Notes: a model not told the origin generated them from the sequence alone. A stretch of 64,000 nucleotides of DNA from an uncultured Candidatus Sumerlaeota bacterium (GCA_964389675.1 CAYMEV010000018.1:1-64000), one strand, 5' to 3'; positions 1-10,453 are shown, numbered from the stretch's first letter. Made by a program: numbers and translations.

Positions 1-15
1 GGGGATCAAGAAGAA

Positions 16-855
16 CTATGCAGTGGATACCGGTAAAGGAAATAGTATTAAATCCTGAGAAAAATTGATGGAAAATATTTTAATAAAAGGCGACAAAAAG
101 GTTGACACATACCGAAGGCCTTCAACAACAAGTGACTGCTCCCCTGCAAGCAAAGGTCTGCATTCAACCCAGCCTGTACAAATATCAGTCACTGAAAGAG
201 TATGAATACATGACCCGGATGTCCTGCCTCCATTATGTACAACAAAATCTATCTCCAGATAGCCTGGCTGAGGTCTGTCCCAGTCTCTAAACGTGCGGAC
301 TGGAATATTCTTTGACAATTTAGGTTTTGCACGCTTATTTTTTGATGGTTTTGCTTTTTTTCTCACAGACTTTAAAAGTCTATCTATAGTTGCAGGGCTT
401 ATATTAATCAGATGATGGCGCACAATTGGATCAAGATTAATATGGCCATGGGTCTCCATAGATTCTATTAATGCAGGCAGCACAGCTTTGAGACGCTTAC
501 CGCATATTCTGTCTGCGACTTCCCATATTACAGTTAATGCTTCACGGACAGCTTCGTCATAAATTCTGCATCCATATACCTCTTTGTCTGAAGTATGGTC
601 ACTTTTAAAAGATAGGATACGAATTGCGTGCTTTCTGTGGTACCCGGTTAGAAGAACAAATTCATCGATGATTTTAGTTTTATCTTCTTTACTGCAACTA
701 GAATATTGTTTTCTTAGTAGTTCAATAACTTCCGCTCTTGCTTTTTTGCTTATTTTCCCATGCATTGTTGACCTCCTTTGATAAAATATTTATGGTAACA
801 TTATTATGAGGCAACAACCGGCTCTTGGTAACAAAAATCATGAGTCAATGCGACA
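16..855 (-). mobile_element. Truncated IS element with integrase-core (DDE) transposase, ISNCY/IS1202-like
   Basis: ORF 16-765 carries TGYHRKHAIRIL, DRICGKRL, SPATIDRLL and PGYLEIDFVVH...TDICTGW motifs typical of this transposase group. Similarity appears to stop after EQSLVVEGL (~nt 115), so the later catalytic residues are missing. The upstream end has two imperfect direct repeats (ggtaacattattatgaggcaac / ggtaacaaaaatcatgagtcaatg, ~794-850) and a TGT terminus on the minus strand at 855. Confidence 0.75.
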
Positions 856-1050
856 CTGGCGAAATTTATAAATAGCCGGCGACGACAACTATAAATATCA
901 ATTTGGAAAAAGATGTTAGTTATTCAAGATAACTTTCTAACTTAAGGAGTATCTTGGATGATAAAAGACGAAATGGTAAGGAGTTTAATAAAAACAATGG
1001 ATAAAGCTCTGCAGTGAGCCCTTCTGTCAATACACATTTTAAAAAAATTT

Positions 1051-1890
1051 AGGTGGATAGCTCCCATAATTTATGCTGCCTTACTTTCCGGGCTTTTAGA
1101 AAAAGCCTTATAATAGATATCATCAGGCGTTGAATACTCTAAAGATTGATGAAATCTTGCAGAATTATAAAAACTAAAATACCTCTTAAGGGATTCTTTT
1201 AGATCTCCCATTGATTCATGATCATTTAAATAATTTTTCTCATACTTGACAGAACGCCAGAATCTCTCAATATATACATTATCAAGCGCTCTGCCGGCAC
1301 TGTCCATGCTTATCTGAATACCATTGTTCTCCAGGATGGATATAAATTTATCGGAAGTAAATTGGCTGCCCTGATCCGTATTAAATATAGATGGTACCCC
1401 ATATAAGCTAATAGCTTCCTCAAGTGCTTATATACAGAAATCTGTATCCATTGTATTTGATAGCTTCCAGGTTAACACCTTACGGCTGAAAATATCAATT
1501 ATTTAAGATAAACATAACCTCCTCTAAGCTTCAGATACGTTATATCGGTGCCCAAACTTAATTAGGAAGCCATATACACTTATCTCTAAGCAAATAGTCG
1601 TATTTTTTATGCATTTTGGAATGTTTATAGAGTTTTCTCTTTGGATATATAGCCCTAAGCCCAGCCTTTCTCATTATTCGCCGGAACTGTCTTCTGCTTA
1701 TTCCGAGATTACTCAATGCTTCAAAAATCTTTCTATGTCCATAGAATGGGTGTTTGTGAAGCTCCTATATTATGGCCTGCAATATTAAAAGCTCTATCTC
1801 TTTTGGATCTACCTGCTTCTTATAATAAAATGAGGATCTGCAGATCCCACGAAGATCGAACTGATGGGTTATTGTAAGCATCTTATTATC
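1051..1890 (-). pseudogene. IS3-family OrfB (DDE integrase core), disrupted
   Basis: Recognisable fragments (FNTDQGSQFTS near 1355-1385; GRALDNVYIERFWRSVKYE in ORF 1071-1307), but an in-frame stop near 1430 and further breaks upstream. No continuous ORF. Confidence 0.85.
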
Positions 1891-1895
1891 CTTTT

Positions 1896-2204
1896 CTATA
1901 AGTCCGGCTCTGTACCGAATAGTTCCTTGTATTTTTTTTTAAGAAATTCTTTTTCTACCTGCAGCATGCCGATCTGGTTATATAGAGCTTCCATCTTCTT
2001 TTCTGTCTTTTCTTTTTCTTTATCGCTTTTTTTCTTGTTATCAAAGATGTCTGATGCTGATTCCAATAGCTGTTTCTTCCACTTTGTTATCATATTGGGA
2101 TGAACACCATGTATCTGTGCCAGTTCCTGAATAGTCTTCTCACCTCTTAAAGCTTCTAATGCCACTCTTGCCTTAAAATCATTGCTGTAATTCTTTTTGC
2201 TCAT
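1896..2204 (-). CDS. IS3-family transposase OrfA (HTH)
   Basis: Typical OrfA HTH followed by a coiled coil ending LYNQIGMLQVEKEFLKKK. Confidence 0.85.
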   Translation of the reverse strand: MSKKNYSNDFKARVALEALRGEKTIQELAQIHGVHPNMITKWKKQLLESASDIFDNKKKSDKEKEKTEKKMEALYNQIGMLQVEKEFLKKKYKELFGTEPDL

Positions 2205-2323
2205 TGAATATCTCCTTTATTTTATATTTCTGGAGAAATCCACCTTGTCCATCAAAAATTTGTGTACAGATTTTAGGGCTCATTATAATATGACATCTTT
2301 TCCTCCTTGTTTAGAGGCGACAT

Positions 2324-3439
2324 CTATATTGGCACATAGGGTTTCTGCAATACTTTATTGATTTCTTCTATATAGGAAGATATTACAAATTTCCTATCAT
2401 ATAATTTCTCTACTTTTCTTCTGGCTGCTATACCCATATTCCTCTTTGCTGTATAATCTAACTTAATAAATAGCTCGATCTTTTTTACTAAATCATTAGA
2501 ATTTTTTGGTTCACAGAGATATCCACTTATACCATCATCAACGATCTCTTTGCATCCGGAGGTATTTGTTGCAATAGCCGGCCGCCCACATGCTGCACTC
2601 TCAAGGAGAACATTTGATATCCCCTCAGGATAGAATGTTGGATGAATTATACAATGCGACACCCTATAAAAGCTAATCACATCATCAACCCAATTATGAT
2701 ATTTAATAAGCCCCTTTCTTTCAAAAATAGATAATTTCTCCTCATAGTTATCTTCACAGAATCCTAATACGTGGAATTCAACAAAATGGTGTTTATGTTT
2801 TATTAGTTGTACTGCATCCAAGAACTCATCAATTCCCTTATCTTTTCTAATCCTTGAAACAAAAAGGAAAATAACCTGTTGTCCCATTGGGTAGTCCAGC
2901 AACCTGAAGTGTTGCAGATTCACCCCGGAACCTGGTGTCATCTTATACCTTTTTTTTATAATATTTTTTTTCTTAAAATATTTCAGATCCTGCTGTTTTT
3001 GAAAATAAACACAATTTGATTTTCTTAGTGCAATCCTATATAGATATGATAACAGAACTGATATAGCCCCGGCACCTACCATTGCAGAACCCATCCCGGT
3101 TATAGTAGCTATATGTGGCACTTTCATAAAGCGGCAGACCATCCCACCATATACATTTGGTTTAACTGTATAACTTAGAACAATATCAGGCTTTATGATC
3201 TTTATAATTCTTCTATATTTGTTCAGCAGTATCAGGTCTTTAATTGGATTGGTCCCGTGACGGTCCAGCCTGATATCTATGCATATGCATCCTATGTCTG
3301 CAAATTTATCTATAAGCGGACCATAGGGACAAGAAAGATATATATCATATCCAATTTCTAACAGTGATTCTACCAGTTCTTTTCTAAAATTGTAAATTGT
3401 ATAATCAAGATTTACAAGAAAAAGAATTTTGCCCTTCAA
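2324..3439 (-). CDS. Glycosyltransferase family 4 (GT-B)
   Basis: NFRKELV, YTVKPNVYG, PGSGVNL, RIRKDKGIDEF and EGISNVLLESAACGRP (E-x7-E) motifs. Confidence 0.92.
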   Translation of the reverse strand: MKGKILFLVNLDYTIYNFRKELVESLLEIGYDIYLSCPYGPLIDKFADIGCICIDIRLDRHGTNPIKDLILLNKYRRIIKIIKPDIVLSYTVKPNVYGGMVCRFMKVPHIATITGMGSAMVGAGAISVLLSYLYRIALRKSNCVYFQKQQDLKYFKKKNIIKKRYKMTPGSGVNLQHFRLLDYPMGQQVIFLFVSRIRKDKGIDEFLDAVQLIKHKHHFVEFHVLGFCEDNYEEKLSIFERKGLIKYHNWVDDVISFYRVSHCIIHPTFYPEGISNVLLESAACGRPAIATNTSGCKEIVDDGISGYLCEPKNSNDLVKKIELFIKLDYTAKRNMGIAARRKVEKLYDRKFVISSYIEEINKVLQKPYVPI

Positions 3440-3450
3440 TTATAACTCCC

Positions 3451-4311
3451 TTACTGTTCCAGGATTGAATCAATAAAATTTTTTATTTGATAATCTGTTT
3501 TATAATGGCTCATACTTTTTTCATATATAAGACTGGAAAACATCTTATTCAAGACTTTATTTTTTTTAATAAGATATTTTACAAGGCAATTTAATGATTT
3601 AACCATTTTGATTTTATGTCTATACTTGATCGCCAGGAGTCTTACCATTTCAGATGTATTCACGTATTCAGAATTTTGGGGAAAGAATAATCCATTCTCA
3701 TCATTATCAATAATCAGCCTTAGAAATTCACAAAAATTTTCAATATATATCATACTTCTCTGGTTCTCTATATATGGAAATATCGGTACATTTCTGGCAA
3801 GTTTAACAAGCCTGGAAAAATTACCTTTGCATCCCGGCCCATAAATGACAGGTGATCTGATGACAGCAACTTTATATCCTTCTGTTGCAAGCTCCCTGAT
3901 AGTGTTCTCCGCTTTCAATTTGGTGTAGCCATATATATCATTAGGACATGGCACAGTATTCCGATGAATAACACGGTGTGTTTCCCTTAGGCTTCCATAT
4001 ACAGCCATGCTGCTCATAAAAATAAATTGTCTTACTCCCTGACTTTTTGCAATGCTTGCGGTATCAGCAGCTAAATCACAGTTTATATTTACAAACAGTT
4101 CTTTATTTTTCCTATTCTTTTTATATGTGATTCCTGCAACATGAAATACCGTATTATATTGTGAAAAATCATGTTTAACCCATTCATCTGACTTCATATC
4201 AAGACTGTCAATGGAATATTTATCCTGCCATTTTTTTAAATAATTTTTGAACGACATTCCTATATAGCTGTTAATACCAGTAATTAATATCTTCTTTTTA
4301 AATTTATTCAT
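3451..4311 (-). CDS. NAD-dependent epimerase/dehydratase (UDP-sugar 4-epimerase-like)
   Basis: ILITGINSYIG Rossmann-like motif, MSSMAVYG and YGYTK (YxxxK). Start moved to ATG 4311, overlapping the upstream stop; the longer ORF-track start lies inside the neighbouring gene. Confidence 0.9.
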   Translation of the reverse strand: MNKFKKKILITGINSYIGMSFKNYLKKWQDKYSIDSLDMKSDEWVKHDFSQYNTVFHVAGITYKKNRKNKELFVNINCDLAADTASIAKSQGVRQFIFMSSMAVYGSLRETHRVIHRNTVPCPNDIYGYTKLKAENTIRELATEGYKVAVIRSPVIYGPGCKGNFSRLVKLARNVPIFPYIENQRSMIYIENFCEFLRLIIDNDENGLFFPQNSEYVNTSEMVRLLAIKYRHKIKMVKSLNCLVKYLIKKNKVLNKMFSSLIYEKSMSHYKTDYQIKNFIDSILEQ

Positions 4312-4912
4312 TGTCCTTAGATAATTTATTATCAATCTTCTTTGGCTTAAAAAGACCATAGATGGTACCAAAGAAGCATCTAATATCCATGCTGAGACTA
4401 ATATTAGATGCGTATTCCCCGTCAAGTTTGGCTTTAATGTGTATTGGAAGCTCTCTTCTGCCATATCTCTGTGCCCATCCTGCTAGACCTGCTGGTACGT
4501 CATTAGCACCATATTTATCCCTTTCTTTAATGAGATCATACTGATTCCACAGGGCAGGTCTTGGGCCAATAATACTCATATCCCCTCTAAGGATATTAAA
4601 CAACTGGGGAAGTTCGTCAAGAGATGTATTTCGTAAATATTTCCCTGTTCTTGTTAGCCAATTTTCGGGATCAACAAGAAGGTGGGTTGGTGTTTCGCTT
4701 GGTGTATCTGTTTTCATGGTGCGAAATTTATATATAATGAAATAGTTTTTATATATTCCAACCCGTTTTTGCTTAAAAATAATTGGCCCTTTCGTATCAA
4801 TCCTTATTAAAAAACTTATTAGCAAAAACAAAGGGAACATTACGATCAATGATATGAATGAAATTATTATATCAAATAGCCTTTTGATCCTTAGATACTT
4901 ACTTGCACTCAA
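4304..4912 (-). CDS. Priming sugar transferase (Bac_transf, monotopic phosphoglycosyl transferase)
   Basis: KRLFDI, FKQKRVG, YKFRTM, SLDELPQLFNILRGDMSIIGPRP. Confidence 0.93.
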   Translation of the reverse strand: MSASKYLRIKRLFDIIISFISLIVMFPLFLLISFLIRIDTKGPIIFKQKRVGIYKNYFIIYKFRTMKTDTPSETPTHLLVDPENWLTRTGKYLRNTSLDELPQLFNILRGDMSIIGPRPALWNQYDLIKERDKYGANDVPAGLAGWAQRYGRRELPIHIKAKLDGEYASNISLSMDIRCFFGTIYGLFKPKKIDNKLSKDNE

Positions 4913-4914
4913 AT

Positions 4915-5379
4915 TTATATCTGCCTATGATATTTTATCCTGGAATTCCTATTATAAATCAATGAATATAGCAATATACTAACCATCGATCCCAAAATAT
5001 CAATAGCAAAATCACTATATTCCCCACATCTTCCAGCAATAAATAACTGATGAATTTCATCAAAAAATGCATAAAATATGCAAAATAAAAGCGATAATAA
5101 GATAGATTTATTACTCATTATGTCCAAAGATAAGGCATTTATAACAAAAAACCCAAGAATAAAATAAGTAAGAAAATGAGCGATATTTCGCAGTAATAGT
5201 TCAATTTTTCTTAATTCTATCTCTATATTTGGCATTACAGTGTTGAACATAATAGCAATAAATTTTGTAACTCCATTGCTTAATTTTGATGACTCTGTCG
5301 CTGTCTGATGAGATAAATAGAATATAAATCCCATCCATATGATTACTAGAAACCAGGAAATTGCTTTTTTCTTATTCAT
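4915..5379 (-). CDS. VanZ family membrane protein
   Basis: IFYLSHQ..ES..LS, RNIAHF, YAFFDEIHQLFIAGR motifs with several TM segments. Confidence 0.88.
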   Translation of the reverse strand: MNKKKAISWFLVIIWMGFIFYLSHQTATESSKLSNGVTKFIAIMFNTVMPNIEIELRKIELLLRNIAHFLTYFILGFFVINALSLDIMSNKSILLSLLFCIFYAFFDEIHQLFIAGRCGEYSDFAIDILGSMVSILLYSLIYNRNSRIKYHRQI

Positions 5380-5403
5380 AAGATCAGATACAGCACTAAT
5401 AAT

Positions 5404-6210
5404 TTATTCCTCTTTTGAGAATATAATGGAGTGAAGCTTATTATACAGGAAATTTATGCTCTTCTGGAGAATGCTTGTATTGGGTTCAAAAGGAACAGCT
5501 TCCGGAAAAGCGGGTATGGGTTCATCATTCAGGACAGCCTGGGGATTGGCTATGAAGAGTGCTTTTGCTGTCTCCTCGCCATAGTTCTGCATAATGTGAT
5601 CATAGGCCTTCGAGAGTATTGGGGGCCTTTTCCTGGAGTGGGCATCGGATGATACGAAGTGCACCATATTGTGCTTTAACACCCTTGAGGCAAATTCCTT
5701 TGTTTTCTGATCAAATACTGCATCTGCGGTAAGCTGTATGAGGATACCTTTGTCAATGAAAGGAACAAGAATCTCAGGGTGTTCCTCAAAATAGTAGCAT
5801 CTCTCTGGGTGGGTTATTATGGGTATATATCCTTTTAGCTGTATTTTATAAAGAAGGTCCAGGATATTTGGCGGAAGCACATCCTCGGGAAGCTCAAGGA
5901 GGAAATAGCTTGAATTATTTATAAACAACGTTGGATCTTCGGGAATAAGGCGCTCTTCAAGATCTGATGTGAGGGCAATGTCACTGCCTATATAGAGATC
6001 GATCCCCCTAACCTTCTTACCAACTTTATTGTATGCATTCAGGATATCTTCGGGATGCGCATTCAGGTCCTTTGATTTATAACGGTGGGGCGTAAGGACT
6101 ATCTTCTTTATACCGTCCTTTTTTGCCATATTGAGAAGAAAGATGGATTCCTCCATTGAGCCCGGGCCGTCATCAAGGTTTGGAAGCAGGTGGGTATGTA
6201 GATCTATCAT
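5404..6210 (-). CDS. PHP-family protein tyrosine phosphatase (CpsB/CapC/YwqE)
   Basis: MIDLHTHLLPNLDDG, LTPH, THPER and SDAH motifs; adjacent to Wzc. Confidence 0.93.
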   Translation of the reverse strand: MIDLHTHLLPNLDDGPGSMEESIFLLNMAKKDGIKKIVLTPHRYKSKDLNAHPEDILNAYNKVGKKVRGIDLYIGSDIALTSDLEERLIPEDPTLFINNSSYFLLELPEDVLPPNILDLLYKIQLKGYIPIITHPERCYYFEEHPEILVPFIDKGILIQLTADAVFDQKTKEFASRVLKHNMVHFVSSDAHSRKRPPILSKAYDHIMQNYGEETAKALFIANPQAVLNDEPIPAFPEAVPFEPNTSILQKSINFLYNKLHSIIFSKEE

Positions 6211-8447
6211 TTTATGCCTCCGTTGACTACCTCGGAGATATCCTCTCCGTATGTATAGTATTTATGGTAGTAGTTCTTGTATCTTCCCTTATAGTAGTAG
6301 TATGCGCTTCTTTCCATATCAACGCTGTTCAGGACTATGCCTGATATTTTGAGCTTCTCCAGGGTCAGCTTCTGTATGGCCCTGCTTACAATCTTCCGGC
6401 TGGTTTCGCCTCCCCTTACCACCAGTATGAGTGTATCGGTTATGTGGGCAATTATTGAAGGGTCTGTGACTGGTATTACAGGGGGAGCATCAAATATTAT
6501 GTGGTCAAATACCTTGGATGCATTCTCCACAAAGGAGACAAACTGGTCTGATATCAGCATCTCTGAGGGCTGTGGGGGTATCGGGCCTGAAAGCACTATA
6601 TATAGGTCGTCTATATCTGTCTTTTGTATTATCTTCTCTATTGGTATGCCTGATACTATATGGTTTACTATGCCGGATGTATTCTTCCTGTTGAAGATCT
6701 TGTATATCTTGGGTCTTCGAAGGTCAGTATCAACAAGGAGGGTCTTTTTTCCCATCTTGGCAAGGGTAATTGCCAGGTTTGTCGCTGTTGAGGTCTTGCC
6801 CTCCGATGGGAGGGATGAGGTAATCAGTATCTTTTTGGGTATTTTGGCTGTGGAGAGCAGGACAGCTGTCCGCAGGGTGCGGTAGGATTCGGATATGCTA
6901 ATCCTGGAGCGGAAGTGGGTAATCATCTCTACAGGGTAGTTTATATTTGGATCTGATTCATTGTCCCTCGAATAGCTGTATGAATAGCCGTAACCTTTCT
7001 TATAGGATGCTGATCTGGAGTATTTAGGAATAATGCCGAGTGTGGGTTCTTTAATAAATCTCTCTACATCATCGGGGGTTTTAAGGCTGTCATCCAGGTA
7101 TTCTATCATGAAGGCTGAAAGAAAGCCCACGCCGAATCCCAGCACAAGGCTTATGAGCATATTCATCCTGAGATTGGGGCTGGAGCGGTAGGAAGGAATC
7201 AGGGCTTTGTCCACAATACTGATGGAGTTTGATTTTATGGAGTCAAGCTGGGAGGATATCTCGGTCTCGCTCTGCCTTTGGAGAAGGACATCCATGACCT
7301 TTCTCTTGTTGTTTACTATGGAGAGAAGGTTCTGATATTCAACAGCATCTATATGGAGGGTCTGTGTCTCCTTCTTCTGGGCTTCAAGGACATTGTACAG
7401 CTGTTTTTCCTTCTGAAGAGCACTTTCATACTGGGCGCGGGCAGAGGATATTACCTTCTCTGCTGTATCCGCCACCTCTTTCTGAAGGTTCTGTTTTGCC
7501 TGGGATAGCTCCACTTCCAGCCGGCGGAGTTCGGGGTAATCGGGCTGGAACTTTTCTCTCATGGATTCTATTCTCTGCTCGAGGCTGTTTATGGTCTGCT
7601 TTATGCTGTTTACATTGGAGTTTCGAGCTACCTCATCGATCTGTTCCCGGGGGGTGTTTTTTATGGTATTATAGTAGGATTCCAGGGTTATCCGGTTTGT
7701 TACCGCCTGGGTATAATCGGCATTGAGCTTGCCCAGCTGTTCTATCAGTATGTTTGACCTGCCTTCCGAGAGGGATACTATGTCTTTGAGGCTTCCGTAT
7801 TCTATGAGCCTGGTCTCGGCCTCAGATATCTCCTTCTGCAGGGTCTGGAGCTGTCTTGAGATAAACTGGTTGGCTTGGACCGAAATATTGTATTTTCTTT
7901 CAATATCCAGGTTTATATACTCCTGGGCTATAGTGTCTGCAATAAGAGCGGACTTTACAGGATCAGGGTGGGTGAACTGAATCTTAAGTATATTGGTATT
8001 GCCGTCTCGAGATACGCTTATCCCGCCGAGGATAAAGGAGGCAGCGGCTTCGAGGGCTATTGCCGGGTCAGGGTTTTGCCTACTGGAGCGGAAAATGCTT
8101 CTTATGGTACCCATTATGGAAAAGCGCCTGGGAAGCCTGTCGCTGGCAAGGTTGAGCTTTTCAGCGACCCTGCGGGCCAGAGTCCGGCTTGTTATGAGCT
8201 TTACCTGGGTGTCAAAGAAGCTTTTGTTGTTTATATCAAAAAGTATGGCATCCTGTGAGGGAAGCATATTGGGGTTTGTCTTTTCAAAGTTCATGGTCGT
8301 TGTGGCTTTGTAGAGGGGTGTCTGTATATATGTATATATAAACGCTGTTGCGACAAAAAGGAATGTTATAAATCCTATAAGCTTCCTGTGGTTCTGTATC
8401 AGCCTGAGATAACTCAGTATATCGACTTCCTGTTCCTGTATATCCAT
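6207..8447 (-). CDS. wzc: Polysaccharide co-polymerase / BY-kinase (Wzc/GumC family)
   Basis: Two TM segments around a coiled-coil periplasmic domain; Walker A SSLPSEGKT, A' VDTDLRRP, B IIFDAPP; C-terminal Tyr cluster. Confidence 0.93.
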   Translation of the reverse strand: MDIQEQEVDILSYLRLIQNHRKLIGFITFLFVATAFIYTYIQTPLYKATTTMNFEKTNPNMLPSQDAILFDINNKSFFDTQVKLITSRTLARRVAEKLNLASDRLPRRFSIMGTIRSIFRSSRQNPDPAIALEAAASFILGGISVSRDGNTNILKIQFTHPDPVKSALIADTIAQEYINLDIERKYNISVQANQFISRQLQTLQKEISEAETRLIEYGSLKDIVSLSEGRSNILIEQLGKLNADYTQAVTNRITLESYYNTIKNTPREQIDEVARNSNVNSIKQTINSLEQRIESMREKFQPDYPELRRLEVELSQAKQNLQKEVADTAEKVISSARAQYESALQKEKQLYNVLEAQKKETQTLHIDAVEYQNLLSIVNNKRKVMDVLLQRQSETEISSQLDSIKSNSISIVDKALIPSYRSSPNLRMNMLISLVLGFGVGFLSAFMIEYLDDSLKTPDDVERFIKEPTLGIIPKYSRSASYKKGYGYSYSYSRDNESDPNINYPVEMITHFRSRISISESYRTLRTAVLLSTAKIPKKILITSSLPSEGKTSTATNLAITLAKMGKKTLLVDTDLRRPKIYKIFNRKNTSGIVNHIVSGIPIEKIIQKTDIDDLYIVLSGPIPPQPSEMLISDQFVSFVENASKVFDHIIFDAPPVIPVTDPSIIAHITDTLILVVRGGETSRKIVSRAIQKLTLEKLKISGIVLNSVDMERSAYYYYKGRYKNYYHKYYTYGEDISEVVNGGIK

Positions 8448-8450
8448 ATC

Positions 8451-9659
8451 TTACTCCTTGGTAACATTGCAAAAATCAAGTACTGTTTTTGCACCTGGTA
8501 TATTCATATTCTTAAACTCCCTGTGGGCTACGAGGAAGGCTATAATATCCGCCTTGTCAACAGCATCGTATGGCTCATAGAGTGCAAGGCCTCCATAGCT
8601 GGAGATGTTGGGCTCTGAAACTATGATATCGTGGCTCTCTGAGAGGGATTCTGCTATTATAAGGGATGGGCTCTCCCTGAGGTCATCGACATCAGGCTTG
8701 AATGCAAGCCCCATAAGGGCTATTTTAGGTGATCTGTTGTTCTTTTCTAAATATTCAAGGGAGGTATTCTTTATCTTTTCAATGACCCATTGGGTCTTAT
8801 AATTGTTCAGTTCGCGGGAGAGGGATATCAGTCTGGTGAACTGAGGGTATGGTGAGCTTAGGAAATAAGGGTCAACTGCTATGCAGTGCCCGCCGACGCC
8901 TGAGGAGGGTTTTAGTATGTTTACGCGGGGATGCTTATTGGTAAGGGATATAAGCTCAAATACATCTATGCCCAGATGGTCGCACAGGATTGATAGCTCA
9001 TTTGCAAAGGCAATGTTTACATCCCTGTATGAATTCTCTATAAGCTTGCACATCTCTGCTGTCACTGAGCTGGTTGGATGGAGGGCCCCTTTTACAAAAA
9101 GGGAGTAGAACGAGACTGCTTTCTGGGTTGATTCAGGGTTGATCCCGCCAATCACCCGGTCATTGTTCTCAAGCTCATAGAGTATCCTGCCGGGAAGGAC
9201 CCTCTCGGGGCAGTAGGATATAAACAGCCTGCCGGCAAGCTCAGGCCTTTTTTTATAGACAAGTTCCTTCATCTCATCTGTGGTATTAACAGGGCAGGTG
9301 GATTCTATAATAATGAGATTCCCATCAGCAAGGACGGGTATTATGGACTCAATGGAATTTTTTACAAATGATATGTCAGGATTTTTGTCCTGAAGTATGG
9401 GAGTAGGCACTGTGATCATAAAGACATCTGCAGGGACAGGAAATGCTGATACAGAAAGAAATTTATTTTCAACGACATATCTGACAAGCCCTGCAAGGTC
9501 GGGCTCTGCAATATGTATCTCTCCCCTGCTTACTTTATCAACTACATAGCCGTTTGTATCAATACCTGTCGTCTTTATTTTTTTTGATGCAATGAGGGCT
9601 GATGTCGGAAGCCCGATATAGCCCAGACCAATCACCGATACATGTAAGCCGCTTTTCAA
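8451..9659 (-). CDS. wecC: UDP-N-acetyl-D-mannosamine dehydrogenase
   Basis: GLGYIGLPT, YCPERVLPG, KLIENSYRDVNIAFANE, GVGGHCIAVDP, GLAFKPDVDDLRESP. Confidence 0.92.
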   Translation of the reverse strand: MKSGLHVSVIGLGYIGLPTSALIASKKIKTTGIDTNGYVVDKVSRGEIHIAEPDLAGLVRYVVENKFLSVSAFPVPADVFMITVPTPILQDKNPDISFVKNSIESIIPVLADGNLIIIESTCPVNTTDEMKELVYKKRPELAGRLFISYCPERVLPGRILYELENNDRVIGGINPESTQKAVSFYSLFVKGALHPTSSVTAEMCKLIENSYRDVNIAFANELSILCDHLGIDVFELISLTNKHPRVNILKPSSGVGGHCIAVDPYFLSSPYPQFTRLISLSRELNNYKTQWVIEKIKNTSLEYLEKNNRSPKIALMGLAFKPDVDDLRESPSLIIAESLSESHDIIVSEPNISSYGGLALYEPYDAVDKADIIAFLVAHREFKNMNIPGAKTVLDFCNVTKE

Positions 9660-10453
9660 TTCTTTTTATCCCCCAGCACTTTTAGGAATTCTCTCCTGTA
9701 CTCACCTCCTGAGTTTGTTATCAGGTGTTCGAGGTGTCTGTAGTTTGAACGGAGCATATTATATGAGGTGTCAAAGCTTCTGTCAATATCAGTTTTATAT
9801 CTTTTTATGAATTCTGATTTAACCTGGCTGAACCTTTTAATGCCCTTATTATAAAAAAATTGCTTTCTCTGGAAATAATACTTATAGCTCAAGAATTCAC
9901 GTGAAAAGTCAACATTGTATATGTTCTTCTTGAGAAGATCTGAGAATATCATGTCCATTCCCCGCGTCATGTCTATAACCCTCTGCGAATTGTTGATCTC
10001 CTCATCAAAACGGAAGTCTGTCCATGTCTCTGTTGCTATATCCGGAAGTGTCATAGCTTCGGCATGGCCTATGTTCGGAATGACCGATAAAGGATTATAC
10101 CATTTGTAGATGCTGTTCCTGTCAGTCTGATATCCGGAGAAACCCTGGTGGCTGAAGGAGTCCTGATAGGTGTGGAGGAATATTCCGAAAAGGAATATGT
10201 CTGAACTGAATGCCTGTTTTATATAATCTGCTATTATAGGGCTATCCGCCATGCATATTATGGAGTCGGTAGGGTGGAAGAAATGGTGAAGGGCTATCCT
10301 TGTCAGGTCTTTCATAATCTGGACAAAGTCCATGGGATTATAAAATACATCAGTAAGCTGGTCCATGATGCTGATGATCTCAGCATCTTTCCTGTCAAAA
10401 CCAGACCTTTTCAGGTATTCCTGCGTGAAATAGTAATGAATGTCCTTCTGCAC
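9656..10453 (-). CDS. DUF6765-like protein (zinc-dependent phospholipase C/S1-P1-like motifs)
   Basis: N-terminal DIHYY, HHFFH, GIFLHTYQDSFSHQGF and IGHAEA..PD. Overlaps both neighbouring genes. Confidence 0.6.
   Translation of the reverse strand: MQKDIHYYFTQEYLKRSGFDRKDAEIISIMDQLTDVFYNPMDFVQIMKDLTRIALHHFFHPTDSIICMADSPIIADYIKQAFSSDIFLFGIFLHTYQDSFSHQGFSGYQTDRNSIYKWYNPLSVIPNIGHAEAMTLPDIATETWTDFRFDEEINNSQRVIDMTRGMDMIFSDLLKKNIYNVDFSREFLSYKYYFQRKQFFYNKGIKRFSQVKSEFIKRYKTDIDRSFDTSYNMLRSNYRHLEHLITNSGGEYRREFLKVLGDKKN

Larger units (their letters stand above)
1010..2287 (-). mobile_element. Degenerate IS3-family element with imperfect terminal inverted repeats
   Basis: orfA 1896-2204 (FKARVALEALRGEKTIQELA..HPNMITKWKKQ HTH) and orfB remnants. 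Ends tgcagtgagcccttctgtcaatacaca (1010-1036) and revcomp of 2261-2287 tataatgagccctaaaatctgtacaca match at 18/27. Length of about 1.28 kb is typical of IS3. Confidence 0.85.

Noticed and set aside
4312-4464. Long N-terminal extension of the epimerase (similar cases at 11281-11349, 23740-23802, 27795-27845, 44653-44733)
   Set aside because: Downstream ATGs fit the family N-termini better, most with an RBS. The extensions are ORF-caller artefacts.
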